In this document: piece by piece, positions 9,271 through 20,328 of the stretch | How the letters are laid out: every line of letters begins with the position of its first letter | Position numbering within the stretch: position 1 is the stretch's first letter | Assembly: GCA_002709695.1 (NCBI GenBank) | Contig: PAQF01000078.1 | Span: 116,980-180,979 of the forward strand | Length of the DNA: 64,000 nucleotides | DNA from: Candidatus Poribacteria bacterium | Lineage (GTDB): Bacteria; Poribacteria; WGA-4E; UBA9662 | Direction of reading: 5' to 3' | Notes under the pieces: model-generated | The model's input: the letters and a program-made list of their open reading frames with translations, nothing else | What the model was told of the DNA's origin: nothing | Database searches by the model: none | Translations under genes and position numbers: made by a program

Positions 9271-10200
9271 TTAATCCCAAAGACGCGTACTGAAATACCG
9301 TTCCCCTATATCACAAAAAACGGTGACGATTTTCCCTTTCTTTATGTGTTTAGCAACCTCATATGCAGCTTGCATATATGCACCAGAAGATTGGCCAACG
9401 AACCATCCATACTTAGCCAAGGTGTTGCACATATCGTAAGCTTGATCAATAGAGATTGGGATTTTCTGGTCAACGATGCTATCATCGTATATCTTAGGAA
9501 CAATGTATTCAGGACTTCCAAGGGGTTTTAATCCTTCAATACCCGGAAATTCATCAGGAGCCACACAGCATATTTGGATATTCTTGCTGAATTCTTTCAA
9601 ACGACGACCCACACCAGTGATTGTGCCACCCGTTCCAACACCTGCCACGAAATGCGTCAATTCCCCTTGGGTTTGGTCTAAAATCTCAACTGCTGTGGTG
9701 TGATAGTGAGCAAGCCAATTGTCATTATTCTCATATTGATCAATCATAAAATACTTGTCTGGCAAGGCAATGTAGCGCCTATGAGCCTCCCGCATGGCTT
9801 CATCATAACCTTGAATAGCATCGGTAAAAACAATGTTTGCACCATGCGTTGAGATTCGCTTTTTACGTTCTTCGCTGGCATTATCTGGCATAACTAACTC
9901 AACTCGGTAACCTAAGACGGCCCCTATCATTGCATACGCAATCCCCGCATTGCCAGAAGTAGAGTCGAGGATAGCCGTGCCTAGTGTCAATTCGCCACTT
10001 TGAATTGCTTTGGTAATCATCCTCAGTGCTGGTCGGTCCTTGATCGAACCACCTGGATTGAACGTTTCCATTTTGGCAAAAAACTCCACATCTGGAAACT
10101 GATCATCAAAAAGGCGTAATTTGACCAAAGGTGTGTTGCCAATTTGCTCCAGGATAGGGTACTTTGAAAGGTCGAATCCTTCCGATTCGCAAGTTTTCAT
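9271..10200 (-). CDS. Cysteine synthase family PLP enzyme (CysK/CysM-like)
   Basis: IGNTPLVKL, GGSIKDRPALRMI (PLP lysine), SGNAGIAYAMI, GVGTGGTITG glycine loop. Confidence 0.8.
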   Translation of the reverse strand: MKTCESEGFDLSKYPILEQIGNTPLVKLRLFDDQFPDVEFFAKMETFNPGGSIKDRPALRMITKAIQSGELTLGTAILDSTSGNAGIAYAMIGAVLGYRVELVMPDNASEERKKRISTHGANIVFTDAIQGYDEAMREAHRRYIALPDKYFMIDQYENNDNWLAHYHTTAVEILDQTQGELTHFVAGVGTGGTITGVGRRLKEFSKNIQICCVAPDEFPGIEGLKPLGSPEYIVPKIYDDSIVDQKIPISIDQAYDMCNTLAKYGWFVGQSSGAYMQAAYEVAKHIKKGKIVTVFCDIGERYFSTRLWD

Positions 10201-10223
10201 CTAAAGTTCAATGTCCGATTAAG

Positions 10224-11000
10224 TTATGACGCCTCAATTGTATCGATTAAACTAGCAAGATAATCGCGGTCACGTTGTAGAGCTTCAAGCTTGTCGTCAC
10301 CATGCAAAAACTCTATTTCAATATAGTTATTATATCCAATATCTGCTAGTTTCTGAACAATTTTTTCATAGTCAACAACCCCATCAGCAATTGCGCAACC
10401 TTGGCCATCAGCATTAGCATTTTGCGCATGTACATTAACAATGTGCGAACCCAGCTTTTCAACTGTTTCATATGGGTCGTCTGCATCCGACCGAAATGAA
10501 GGTTGGAAGTAAGTCTTAATTGCTGGCACTCTAACATACTCAAGAAGTTCGAGTATGCTGTCTATACTATCAGTGAAATTATTGTTATGCATTTCCAATC
10601 CAAGTGTGAGGTCCCGGAACTGCGCCCAATGTGCTAAACTGGCAAAACGAAAAAAGATTGTTTGTTTGGTGTCAGTTGTTATTGTTTTTGAGCTTCCTCC
10701 TTTTGACCACACTCGGACAAGATTTGTACCCAAGCCCTCTGCAATTTTGTATGCTTCTTCAAAATGCTGTTGGTGTCTATCTAGGAGAGGATTGACGTAC
10801 GATCCATATGCTGAAACTTCTAGGTCTTTACCTTCAATAAGCTTTCTAACATGTGCTATATATTCTGAATCGTATGTCTCTGGCATATGTGGTTCTTGCC
10901 CCCAAATCTCAATTCCGTCGAAACCATAATCAGCAGCAATCGAGATCACTTCTTCTAACGGTCGATCTCTAAAAGCAATCGTGCACAAACCCAGTTTCAT
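10224..11000 (-). CDS. Sugar phosphate isomerase/epimerase (xylose isomerase-like TIM barrel)
   Basis: MKLGLCTIAFRDRPLEEVISIAADYGFDGIEIWG. I place the start at ATG 11000-10998 with GAGGAG RBS 6 nt upstream. The track ORF extends to 11084 but the extra 28 aa look non-genic. Confidence 0.75.
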   Translation of the reverse strand: MKLGLCTIAFRDRPLEEVISIAADYGFDGIEIWGQEPHMPETYDSEYIAHVRKLIEGKDLEVSAYGSYVNPLLDRHQQHFEEAYKIAEGLGTNLVRVWSKGGSSKTITTDTKQTIFFRFASLAHWAQFRDLTLGLEMHNNNFTDSIDSILELLEYVRVPAIKTYFQPSFRSDADDPYETVEKLGSHIVNVHAQNANADGQGCAIADGVVDYEKIVQKLADIGYNNYIEIEFLHGDDKLEALQRDRDYLASLIDTIEAS

Positions 11001-11103
11001 ATATAACTCCTCTATATAATTTATATAGAAAAACAGACACATTTGCACTGAAGACATCATAACATAAATAAGAGTCTCTTTCAACTCTATTTATTCAGCA
11101 ATA

Positions 11104-11964
11104 TCACAAATATTTGCCTATAATCAAACCTAATTTTTCCTTGATTTCGTCGGGAATAACCTGAGGATTAGTAGCAATAGACTTTTCAAGGGCTTTATGA
11201 GCTGGACTATCCTCATTCCCTTCTGGAATAGAGGGAATCAAGAATTTAACAATTTGTTTTGCTTTTTCAACATTAGCCACTAGATTCTCGATAATCATCT
11301 CAGTGGTGACAGTGTCGTGATTTGGATGCCAGCAATCATAGTCTGTTGAACAGGCTAAAAGCGCATAGCTGATTTCGGCTTCGCGTGCTAGCTTTGCCTC
11401 AGGTCCTGCGGTCATGCCAATCACATCGAATCCAAGTTGTCGATAAAGCCTCGATTCTGCTAATGTAGAAAAAGCGGGTCCTTCCATGCAAATGTATGTT
11501 CCTCCTAAATGAGTCTTCGCCTCAACTTTTACAGTACTTTCATAAAGTAAATTGCTGAGAATTGGACAAAATGGCTGAGCGAAGCTAACATGAGCAACTA
11601 TCCCATTTCCAAAGAAGGTCGAAATTCTATTTTTTGTGTGGTCATAAAGCTGATCTGGTATTACGAAATGCCGAGGCTCAATTTCTTCTTTCAAACTTCC
11701 AACTGCACTAACAGAGAGTAACCATTTAACACCAATACTTTTAAGTGCATAGATATTTGCTCTAACATTTATCTCAGATGGTAACAATAGGTGTCCAACT
11801 CCATGCCTTGGTAGAAAAGCTACACGTTGGTCTTCAATTGTGCCAATAGTCAAACTACTGCTTGGTTTTCCAAATGGCGTATCGATCTCAACGTTCTCAA
11901 CTTGGCTTAAGCCTTCCATCTGGTAAAATCCAGAACCACCGATTATTCCGATTCCTGCGGTCAT
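11104..11964 (-). CDS. mtnP: S-methyl-5'-thioadenosine phosphorylase (PNP/MTAP family)
   Basis: MTAGIGIIGGSGFY ... HLLLPSEINVRANIYALKSIGVKWLLSVSAVGSL is typical of MTAP. AAGGGG RBS. Confidence 0.8.
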   Translation of the reverse strand: MTAGIGIIGGSGFYQMEGLSQVENVEIDTPFGKPSSSLTIGTIEDQRVAFLPRHGVGHLLLPSEINVRANIYALKSIGVKWLLSVSAVGSLKEEIEPRHFVIPDQLYDHTKNRISTFFGNGIVAHVSFAQPFCPILSNLLYESTVKVEAKTHLGGTYICMEGPAFSTLAESRLYRQLGFDVIGMTAGPEAKLAREAEISYALLACSTDYDCWHPNHDTVTTEMIIENLVANVEKAKQIVKFLIPSIPEGNEDSPAHKALEKSIATNPQVIPDEIKEKLGLIIGKYL

Positions 11965-12044
11965 ATGTCCCCTTTATGTTACAATCTTATTAGTGTGATT
12001 TTTCTTATGGTAGCCTAAGAATATAGAAAAAGACTGGATGTTGA

Positions 12045-12053
12045 ATTATACCA
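12045..12053 (-). promoter_or_regulatory. Putative extended -10 promoter (TGGTATAAT) for the mtnP operon
   Basis: Minus-strand TGGTATAAT lies ~80 nt upstream of the mtnP ATG, in the divergent intergenic region. Confidence 0.3.
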
Positions 12054-12072
12054 TCTTCAATTTTTACTTAAA

Positions 12073-12903
12073 GTGCAAATGACTTTACTGAACTGTGGTA
12101 CCTTAACTATTGAGGGGAAATCAGTTGGTGGGTTAGCAACATATATGCGTGTCAAAGAGCTCGATCTGATCTTTGATCTGGGACGGTGTCCAATAAGTTT
12201 TATTGGGACGAATCATGTTTTTATCACTCATTTTCATCTTGATCATTACTTTGGATTACCAATCTACGTTAGCCAGCGCTGGATTTCTAACATGCCTCCC
12301 GGTGAAGTTTTTGTTCCTGCAGAAGGGATAGAACAACTTCAAAACATCCTTGATAGCATTGCCAAACTTGATAGCCAGCGGACGTGGAATCATCGTCTCG
12401 TACCAGTCAAAGTTGGCGACCGAATTCCGTTTCGAAGGAATTTGGTCGCCTATGCTATAGCAGTAAACCATACTATACCTGCTGTTGGGTACTTAGTTTG
12501 TGAGGTTCGAGATAAACTTAAACCAGAACATCTAGGACGACCAGGGGCTGAGATCGCTGAATTGCGCAGAAAAGGAGTTCCAGTCACAAACCGCCTCGAG
12601 TTGCCTATCATTGCCTATTTAGGCGATACTCAAACAGTTTCAATGGAAACTCACCCACTCTTGGCTCGTTGTCAAATTTTAGTATGCGAGTGTACCTTTT
12701 TATTGCCTGAAGATCGACAAAGAGCCGAAAAGACAAAGCATTTCCATCTTGATTCTTTGATTAGTTTAGTCAAAAACTTTAATGGTGATAAAATTGTTCT
12801 TACACATTTTTCCCAACGCTACTCTACTCACCTCATTCAAAAACAAATTGAGCAAGCGATTCCAGATCCTGCTCAACGAGCAAAGATTGGTTTATTTATT
12901 TAA
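12073..12903 (+). CDS. MBL-fold metallo-hydrolase
   Basis: HFHLDHYFGL (HxHxDH) motif plus downstream His/Asp ligands. Confidence 0.7.
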   Translation: MQMTLLNCGTLTIEGKSVGGLATYMRVKELDLIFDLGRCPISFIGTNHVFITHFHLDHYFGLPIYVSQRWISNMPPGEVFVPAEGIEQLQNILDSIAKLDSQRTWNHRLVPVKVGDRIPFRRNLVAYAIAVNHTIPAVGYLVCEVRDKLKPEHLGRPGAEIAELRRKGVPVTNRLELPIIAYLGDTQTVSMETHPLLARCQILVCECTFLLPEDRQRAEKTKHFHLDSLISLVKNFNGDKIVLTHFSQRYSTHLIQKQIEQAIPDPAQRAKIGLFI

Positions 12904-13091
12904 ATAGGAATATTATTTCAACGAATTAAGAATCAAGTAACTAAATTCTATAAGTTGAGCCTAATTTTATCCTTTGTAACCTGTTCTATCCAATAATTGA
13001 ATAGGGCTTATCTTAGCTATGGTTGGATGAAACTACAGTGTTAAACAGCACGTTTTTTAAGTTTAAAACAGTACTGAAACGGTAAAATATA

Positions 13092-13829
13092 ATGAAGTTT
13101 GTTGCGCAAACGGACATTGGTAAACGCCGTCGTTACAATGAGGACTGTTACTTGATTGATGATAGAGTTGGTCTATTTGTTGTTGCAGATGGCATGGGTG
13201 GGCACAACGCTGGTGATATTGCCAGTCAATTGGCTATTGATGTATTCCGTGAATGGGCTGAATCGTTTCCTAAAATTGCTCCGTCCATTCACGGAAAAGC
13301 AACAATAGTTAACATAATAGATCAGTTAGTTGTAGATGCAAACACACGAATACACACTGAATCAAAGATACATCCAACTCGTCATGGGATGGGTACTACG
13401 TTAATCGCTGGCATCTGCCAAGATAATTTGATTTCCTATGCGCATGTTGGCGATAGTCGAATTTACCTGATTCGTCAAGGTTGTATCACCCAAATTACCA
13501 TTGATCATTCACAGGTTCAAGAGATGGTTGACAGTGGTATTATTACAGCTGAAGAGGCGAGAGTTCATCAAAATCGCCATATTATCAATCGAGCTGTTGG
13601 ATTACACCAAACGGTTATAGTAGATACAAATCAATTCGAGATTCTAACTGATGATATTCTTCTCGTATGTACAGATGGGTTACATGATATGATTGCTTCA
13701 GATCAAGAAATTGCTGAGCTTATTATTTCTGCGTCAGATCTCGAATCTGCGGGGAAAACCCTTACTGAAACAGCACTTGCCTATGGTGGTTCTGATAATA
13801 TCACGCTTATCCTAATTCACATTGCGTGA
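13092..13829 (+). CDS. PP2C-family Ser/Thr protein phosphatase
   Basis: TDIGKRRRYNEDCY, VADGMGGHNAGDIAS, VGDSRIY, CTDGL, GGSDNIT motifs. Confidence 0.85.
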   Translation: MKFVAQTDIGKRRRYNEDCYLIDDRVGLFVVADGMGGHNAGDIASQLAIDVFREWAESFPKIAPSIHGKATIVNIIDQLVVDANTRIHTESKIHPTRHGMGTTLIAGICQDNLISYAHVGDSRIYLIRQGCITQITIDHSQVQEMVDSGIITAEEARVHQNRHIINRAVGLHQTVIVDTNQFEILTDDILLVCTDGLHDMIASDQEIAELIISASDLESAGKTLTETALAYGGSDNITLILIHIA

Positions 13830-13917
13830 GTCTTCCCCCATCCATCATGTTTGAGTTGACTTTATAGTTCCTCAAATGAGTTTGGGATTAGAGACCAGAA
13901 TTTTTTTTTGAAAAAAT

Positions 13918-16287
13918 GTGCTGTGCTGTATTCAATCATCACCGTGGGAATTAGGAGTAAATATATTGAAGAACATAGATAAAAGTGACCTCAAATTGTG
14001 GTATTGCCAACCTGCAAATGAATGGGTTGAAGCATTACCTATTGGTAACGGCAGACTCGGCGCAATGGTTTTCGGCCGTGTTGAAGACGAACGAATTCAA
14101 CTTAATGAAGATACTTTGTGGGATGGGCATAAATTCAATCGTAATAACCCAGAAGCATTTAATGCTTTACCAACAGTTCGACAGTTGCTTTTTGAGGGCA
14201 GAAATCAGGAGGCAACCGATTTAGCTGCGGAAAAGATGATGGGGGTTCCTCCACGAATAAAGTCATATCAAACGGTTGGTGATTTGAGACTAAAGTTTGA
14301 TCATACTCTGGATCAATGCCGGCAGTACCATAGAGAACTCGATCTCAATGTCGGTGTTGTTCGCACATGTTACAAACATAATTCTGTTTCCTATGTACGC
14401 GAAATCTTTTCCTCGGCACCAGATAACGCTATTGTTATGCAGCTATCTTGTGACATTCCAAAACAAATAAGTTTTGTGGCAACATTTTCACGGGAACAAG
14501 ATGCCCACTGCCAATTAATGAGCAAAGATCATATTGCGCTCGTGGGAGCAATAGGTAAAGATGGGTTAAAGTTTGAAGCCCACATGGCAGTCATCGTAGA
14601 CAATGGTAGGATATGGACAGAAGATGAAAACTTAGTTGTCGAAAATGCAGACAAGGTTACATTAATCATCGTAGCTTTCACCAGTTATATAAATCAAAAC
14701 GATACATCGGCTAATCCTCGGACGTTATGCGAAAACACATTAAATTTAGCTAAAGCCAAGTCTTATCAAATATTACGCACGGACCATATATTAGATTATC
14801 AAAGTTTGTTTCACCGCGTTGAAATTAATCTTGGAAAAACAATTGAGATGCCAACAGACCAGCGTCTTGAAAGGCTAAAAAATGGCGATCAAGACCCTGA
14901 ACTGTTGGCACTTTACTTTCAATATGGACGATATTTATTGATGGGAAGTTCGCGACCAGGGTCACTTCCAGCCAATCTACAGGGAATTTGGAATGAACAC
15001 ATGGATGCACCTTGGAATAGTGACTTTCATACCAATATTAATATTCAGATGAATTACTGGCCAGCTGAGGTCTGTAATCTTGCAGAATGCCACCTCCCTT
15101 TATTTGATTTGATGGCTGGTCTTGTTGAACCCGGGAGTGAAACAGCAGAAACGCATTATGGATCAAATGGTTGGACAATCCACCATCTCTCTGATATATG
15201 GGGTTTTACAGTTCCTGCAGATGGTGTTTGGGGAATCTGGCCCGTTGGTGCAGCATGGTTGTGTCAGCATTTATGGGAGCATTTTCTGTATGGTCAGGAT
15301 CTCTCATTCCTTAAAGAGGTTGCCTATCCTTTGATGAAGGGAGCTGCTAGATTTATGCTTGATTTCTTGGTGGAGGCACCAGAATGTACACCTGTAGCAG
15401 GTAAACTTGTAACGAATCCTTCTCATTCACCGGAAAACAGTTTTATTAAACTGGACGGAACGCAATCGATGTTCACTTATGCAGCAACTATGGATTTGCA
15501 AATCACATGGGATCTGTTTACTAATTGCATTGATGCAATCAATACGATTGATGATGATGTCGAGCATAACTTTCGTCAGGAAATTGAGGCTGCGCTGGCT
15601 AACTTAGCACCGCTACAGATCAGTAGAAAGACGGGGCGTTTGCAAGAATGGATTGAAGATTATGATGAACCAGAGCCTGGGCATCGTCATATGTCTCATC
15701 TTTATGGGTTGCATCCTGGTTGTCAAATCACATTACGTGGGACTCCTGAACTTGCAGCTGCAACACGAAAATCCCTTGAACATCGATTGGCCCATGGAGG
15801 AGGGCATACTGGTTGGAGTAAGGCTTGGTTGATTAGTTTTTGGGCCCGATTGGAAGAAAGTGAGCAAGCATATAATAACTTGACCGACTTGTTAACCAAA
15901 TGTACGCTTAACAATCTTTTTGATACGCATCCACCCTTTCAAATTGATGGGAATTTTGGAGGAACATCAGGTATAGCAGAGATGTTACTACAAAGCCATA
16001 ATGGAGAACTTCACTTACTTCCTGCTTTGCCTAGTGCGTGGTTAGTAGGCAATATCAAGGGGTTACGTGCTAGAGGTGGGTTCGAAGTAGACATCTCATG
16101 GCAAGACGGAAAACTTTTGGAAGCTGAAATTAGCACAACTGTTGGTGGCCCCTGCCGAGTGCGAACTTCTCTGCCAGTTAGGATTTATTTGGATGATCAG
16201 GTTGTTGAAGGTCAAAACCTTGATGAGAACTTAATCCTTTTCAATACAGAAGAAAGAAAAAAATACCAGGTAAAGCAAGGTTTTTAG
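13918..16287 (+). CDS. Glycoside hydrolase family 95 (alpha-L-fucosidase-like)
   Basis: N-terminal [42 protein letters not shown] is the GH95 N-terminal signature; ~790 aa. The start is uncertain: GTG at 13918, or TTG at 13966 with a GGAG RBS. No signal peptide is evident. Confidence 0.75.
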   Translation: MLCCIQSSPWELGVNILKNIDKSDLKLWYCQPANEWVEALPIGNGRLGAMVFGRVEDERIQLNEDTLWDGHKFNRNNPEAFNALPTVRQLLFEGRNQEATDLAAEKMMGVPPRIKSYQTVGDLRLKFDHTLDQCRQYHRELDLNVGVVRTCYKHNSVSYVREIFSSAPDNAIVMQLSCDIPKQISFVATFSREQDAHCQLMSKDHIALVGAIGKDGLKFEAHMAVIVDNGRIWTEDENLVVENADKVTLIIVAFTSYINQNDTSANPRTLCENTLNLAKAKSYQILRTDHILDYQSLFHRVEINLGKTIEMPTDQRLERLKNGDQDPELLALYFQYGRYLLMGSSRPGSLPANLQGIWNEHMDAPWNSDFHTNINIQMNYWPAEVCNLAECHLPLFDLMAGLVEPGSETAETHYGSNGWTIHHLSDIWGFTVPADGVWGIWPVGAAWLCQHLWEHFLYGQDLSFLKEVAYPLMKGAARFMLDFLVEAPECTPVAGKLVTNPSHSPENSFIKLDGTQSMFTYAATMDLQITWDLFTNCIDAINTIDDDVEHNFRQEIEAALANLAPLQISRKTGRLQEWIEDYDEPEPGHRHMSHLYGLHPGCQITLRGTPELAAATRKSLEHRLAHGGGHTGWSKAWLISFWARLEESEQAYNNLTDLLTKCTLNNLFDTHPPFQIDGNFGGTSGIAEMLLQSHNGELHLLPALPSAWLVGNIKGLRARGGFEVDISWQDGKLLEAEISTTVGGPCRVRTSLPVRIYLDDQVVEGQNLDENLILFNTEERKKYQVKQGF

Positions 16288-16867
16288 GATATTTACTGGC
16301 CTATCTAGGTTTTAAGATATTATAAATTACAATTTTTGTGGTTCATTTTTTGTATAGAGATGTTATCTCTCAGTCCAACTTCCCCGTAACGATACATCGG
16401 TTTTTGCTGAAGTAGGAAAGTTAGATTATGTTATGATGAAACGAAGGTGATGCATGACCAGAACAGTTCTTAGCTAGTTTTTAGGGTCAACTATTCCAGT
16501 CATGCTGAAGAGACTGAAATCAAATTTCTAGCAGGTTACTAGTTAGAGAAGATACGATCAAAATAGTGGATGTTTGGAACATCTGTATCAAGGATTAAGT
16601 ACCTGTACTTTAGAACAGGTAGAAAGTAATCAAGAAAATGGCATGATCGATACAATAATCAATTTTTATAGTTTAGCAAACGACTAAATTTTCTTCCCAC
16701 TCATGAGTTACGTTAATCAATTCATGAGTGTTATGTTAGGCTAATCTTTAAGTACATATAATACCTTACCATTGAAAGATAGAATCAAACAAACTCATGA
16801 AAAAAGCTTTTCTCTTTGTCTTTTCTAAAGGGGAAACAATAATTTTTGGAGAGAATCAAATTAATTT

Positions 16868-17677
16868 ATGGAAATAACTAAATCACAGTTAAATCAGTTT
16901 GACCAAGTTGGTTTTTTCAAAATGGATCGAGTGATCTCACGAAAAGGGTTCCAAGAAATTCGTGAGAGGATGGAGGATATTACTCAAGGCCGAATACAGT
17001 ATCCAGGAATGTCATTTCAATTAGATGGCAGTAGTAAAGCATACGATTCTGTTCCAAGGGGTGGAGGGTTTCAGGGGCCGTCTGATAACTATCGAAAGAT
17101 TCAAGGGTGGGAAAAAGACCCTGTGTTTCTTAAGTACATGCAACACAAAATTTTCAGAGACCTGACACAGAAATTAATAGGAGATAAGGTTTCTATCTAT
17201 CGTGCTATGTTTATGAATAAGCCCCCACAAAGTGGTACTAATCTTCCTTACCACCAAGATGGGGGCGCAGGCTGGGGATTATCAAGCTATCTTGCTAATC
17301 AATTTGTCACAGTTTGGACAGCAATTGATAATGCCTATGTAGAAAGCGGTTGTATCCAAGTGGTTCCGGGTAGCCACAAGCTTGGATTATTATCTGATCA
17401 AGGTCACACAATTACAGAGGAGCAAGTTAAAGAGTATGCTTCGGAGGAGAAATCAGCTTATCTAGAAGCCCAAATGGGAGAGATCTTTGTTCTCCATAAC
17501 TTTTTACTACATAAATCAGGAATTAATCAAACGAATAAACCGCGTCGTGGATTCAGTGTTTGCTACATGGATGGTACTATCACACGGGTCAACACTTCAG
17601 AGGACACAGGAGTAATTAATCCGAACTATGAATTTCCTATTATGTTCGGAGAAAATGCGATGAAAGCAGCAGTCTGA
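16868..17677 (+). CDS. Phytanoyl-CoA dioxygenase (PhyH) family protein
   Basis: YHQDGGAGW (HxD), VVPGSHKLG, FLLHKSG distal His. Confidence 0.75.
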   Translation: MEITKSQLNQFDQVGFFKMDRVISRKGFQEIRERMEDITQGRIQYPGMSFQLDGSSKAYDSVPRGGGFQGPSDNYRKIQGWEKDPVFLKYMQHKIFRDLTQKLIGDKVSIYRAMFMNKPPQSGTNLPYHQDGGAGWGLSSYLANQFVTVWTAIDNAYVESGCIQVVPGSHKLGLLSDQGHTITEEQVKEYASEEKSAYLEAQMGEIFVLHNFLLHKSGINQTNKPRRGFSVCYMDGTITRVNTSEDTGVINPNYEFPIMFGENAMKAAV

Positions 17678-17792
17678 CCTAGGCCAAGTCAGACTGCTTT
17701 AATAGGTTACCTATGTTTTCTTTACTTTTAGCTTATATGCCCTTTTCGAAGTTATATTTTTGGTACACTAATGTTATTTTTATGGTGATTTT

Positions 17793-18752
17793 ATGTCCAA
17801 AATACTAGTTACAGAGAATATCGTTGGCAAACAAATGGAGATATTGAAAAGGAGTTTCGATGTTAGGTTCGACCCAGAATTGTGGGAGTCCCCAGATAGA
17901 TTGAAAGAAATCATTCCTGATTTCGAAGCGCTGATTATTCGAAATCAAACTATCATTACTTCTGAACTTATCACTATCGCTAGTAATTTGAAGGTTATCG
18001 GGCGGCACGGGGTAGGAATTGATAATGTAGATCTTAATGCGGCTACCAAGGCTGGAGTTCTCGTGACCTACGCACCGGAGCAGAATGCTATCTCTGTAGC
18101 GGAATTGGTGATGGGATTGGTCCTCTGTTTGGCTAGGAAAATCCCGGCTGCAGATCGGAGTACTAGACAAGGGAACTGGGAACGGCAAAACTTTACAGGA
18201 ACTGAGATTTTTAATAAAACTATTGGAATTATTGGTCTAGGTCGGATCGGTTATCGCGTTGGTATAAGAGCACAAGCCTTCGGTATGGATATAGTCGCGC
18301 ACGATCCCTACATTAATCAAGACAGTTTAAATGTTTCTGAACTACGTGCATCTTTATTGAGTTTAGAGGATTTGTGCTGCCAATCTGATTATGTTACTTG
18401 CCACTTGCCTCTAACTGAAGAAACGAAAAAAAAATTTAATTACGAGATCTTTTGTTCTATGAAACCGACAGCTTTTTTTATCAATCTGTCTCGTGGAGGA
18501 GTTGTGGATGAAGAAGGATTGCTTCGTGCTTTGCAAAACAAACGGATTGCTGGTGCTGCACTTGATGTTCGGCAGGATGAACCACCAGGAGAAGATCTGT
18601 TTTCTGAAATGGAGAATGTTATTTTAACGCCTCACGTTGCTGGAATCACTGAAGAATCAAGAGAAAGAGTTGTTTCTTGCGTTTGTAAGGATGTGGCTGC
18701 TGTATTAAGAGGTGAAAGTCCTGTTCACGCGGTTAATTCAATAAGATTTTGA
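17793..18752 (+). CDS. D-isomer-specific 2-hydroxyacid dehydrogenase (PGDH/GHPR-like)
   Basis: GIIGLGRIGYRVG NAD-binding motif, catalytic region LTPHVAGITEES, 319 aa. Confidence 0.85.
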   Translation: MSKILVTENIVGKQMEILKRSFDVRFDPELWESPDRLKEIIPDFEALIIRNQTIITSELITIASNLKVIGRHGVGIDNVDLNAATKAGVLVTYAPEQNAISVAELVMGLVLCLARKIPAADRSTRQGNWERQNFTGTEIFNKTIGIIGLGRIGYRVGIRAQAFGMDIVAHDPYINQDSLNVSELRASLLSLEDLCCQSDYVTCHLPLTEETKKKFNYEIFCSMKPTAFFINLSRGGVVDEEGLLRALQNKRIAGAALDVRQDEPPGEDLFSEMENVILTPHVAGITEESRERVVSCVCKDVAAVLRGESPVHAVNSIRF

Positions 18753-18771
18753 GATCCAAAACTAAGGGCGA

Positions 18772-20013
18772 TTGCAGATGGATAAGAAATTGAAACAAAC
18801 ATTTACGTATGTTACTCACCTTGAATGTAGTATGGTTGGGGATAATTATGCAACCTACCAACAGCACAATTTATCCAAAGCAGGTAAACCACTACTGGTA
18901 AAGTATGATTTAAAGTCTTTGTCTAATAGTTTATCCAGAGAAGAATTGTCATATCGGCCAGAAACTTTGTGGCGTTATCGCGAATTTTTACCTATTAAGA
19001 ATCCTGAGAATATTGTCACTCTTGGTGAGAATATGACACCATTGATTCACACACCGCGCCTACAATCAGGAAAGGGTAATATCTACATCAAAGATGAAGG
19101 TCGTTTGCCAACGGGTTCATTTAAGGCACGAGGACTATGTATGGCAGTTTCAATGGCTAAGGAACTAGGCGTTACCCGGATTGCCATGCCAACAAATGGA
19201 AATGCAGGTGCTGCACTGGCTGCTTATGCGTCACGTGCAGGTATTGAAGCTTACATTTTTTGCCCTGAAGATACCCCACAGGTGAACGTTCGCGAAATCG
19301 CCGCTCAAGGAGGGAAAGTTTGGTTAGTTAATGGTCTTATTAATGATTGTGGTCGAATTGTGACCGAAGGTAAAGAAAAGATGGCTTGGTTTGATTTTTC
19401 AACACTCAAGGAACCTTATCGTATTGAAGGTAAGAAAACTATGGGATTGGAATTAGCTGACCAACTTGAATGGGTATTACCAGATACTATTTTTTACCCA
19501 ACTGGTGGTGGGACTGGGTTGATTGGTATGTGGAAGGCTTTTAATGAGATGAAAGATATCGGTTGGGTTAATGGTAAACTACCACGCATGATTGCTGTAC
19601 AAGCCACGGGGTGCGCACCGATTGTACAAGCTTATGAAGACGGGGCTGAACACGCCGAATTATGGGAGGGAGCTCATACTGTTGCTGCTGGGATTCGTGT
19701 GCCAGTCGCGATAGGAGATTTCTTGGTTTTACGTGCTATACGCGAAAGTAATGGATTTGCAACTGCTGTGGATGATGAAAAAATCTTGGAGGCGCGTAAT
19801 GAAGTTGCTCAACAGGAGGGTATTCTTCTATGTCCAGAAGGTGCTGCAACTTACGCTGCCTACAAAAAAGAGCTTAGTAGTGGTCGTATTAACCCATCGG
19901 AATCAGCCATTTTGTTTAATTGTGCAAGTGGCCTAAAATATGAGCTCCCGAAAATGTCGCGATTTCTAGATTGCACTCAGCCAGTAATAGATTATTCGAA
20001 ATTGTCAGACTAG
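18772..20013 (+). CDS. Threonine synthase-like PLP-dependent enzyme (fold type II)
   Basis: TPLIHTPRL...IYIKDEGRLPTGSFKARG (PLP Lys), GNAGAALAAYA, 413 aa. Exact reaction not assignable. Confidence 0.65.
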   Translation: MQMDKKLKQTFTYVTHLECSMVGDNYATYQQHNLSKAGKPLLVKYDLKSLSNSLSREELSYRPETLWRYREFLPIKNPENIVTLGENMTPLIHTPRLQSGKGNIYIKDEGRLPTGSFKARGLCMAVSMAKELGVTRIAMPTNGNAGAALAAYASRAGIEAYIFCPEDTPQVNVREIAAQGGKVWLVNGLINDCGRIVTEGKEKMAWFDFSTLKEPYRIEGKKTMGLELADQLEWVLPDTIFYPTGGGTGLIGMWKAFNEMKDIGWVNGKLPRMIAVQATGCAPIVQAYEDGAEHAELWEGAHTVAAGIRVPVAIGDFLVLRAIRESNGFATAVDDEKILEARNEVAQQEGILLCPEGAATYAAYKKELSSGRINPSESAILFNCASGLKYELPKMSRFLDCTQPVIDYSKLSD

Positions 20014-20328
20014 TTTGGCGTAATCTAGAGCATATTTCCGAACTCTGGTAATGACTTCCATATTTTCATTTCTAGTAGGATATCTGCTGGAGTTGCTCTA
20101 AGCGACTACATGGAGAAAAGGGTTCTCCAGATCAAAAGGTTTATATATCAAAAAGTGATCTTTTCTAAGTTAAGATCAAAAATCTAGCTTTCGGGAATGG
20201 TGGGAAACGAATTTTTTGGCAACCATTTCTACCCACATATCTTCTTCTGGTGGATATTTGGAATAAATTGAGGTCCGCAAGTATGACTCGATCCGAAAAT
20301 CGTAATTAATCTAATTGGTTTTAAGGTT

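Noticed and set aside
10555-10929. 124-aa Cys-rich plus-strand ORF
   Set aside because: It is antisense to the sugar-phosphate isomerase TIM-barrel gene and has no independent support.
13985-14224. 79-aa ORF in an alternative frame at the 5' end of GH95
   Set aside because: It overlaps the conserved GH95 N-terminal signature, which reads correctly in the main frame.
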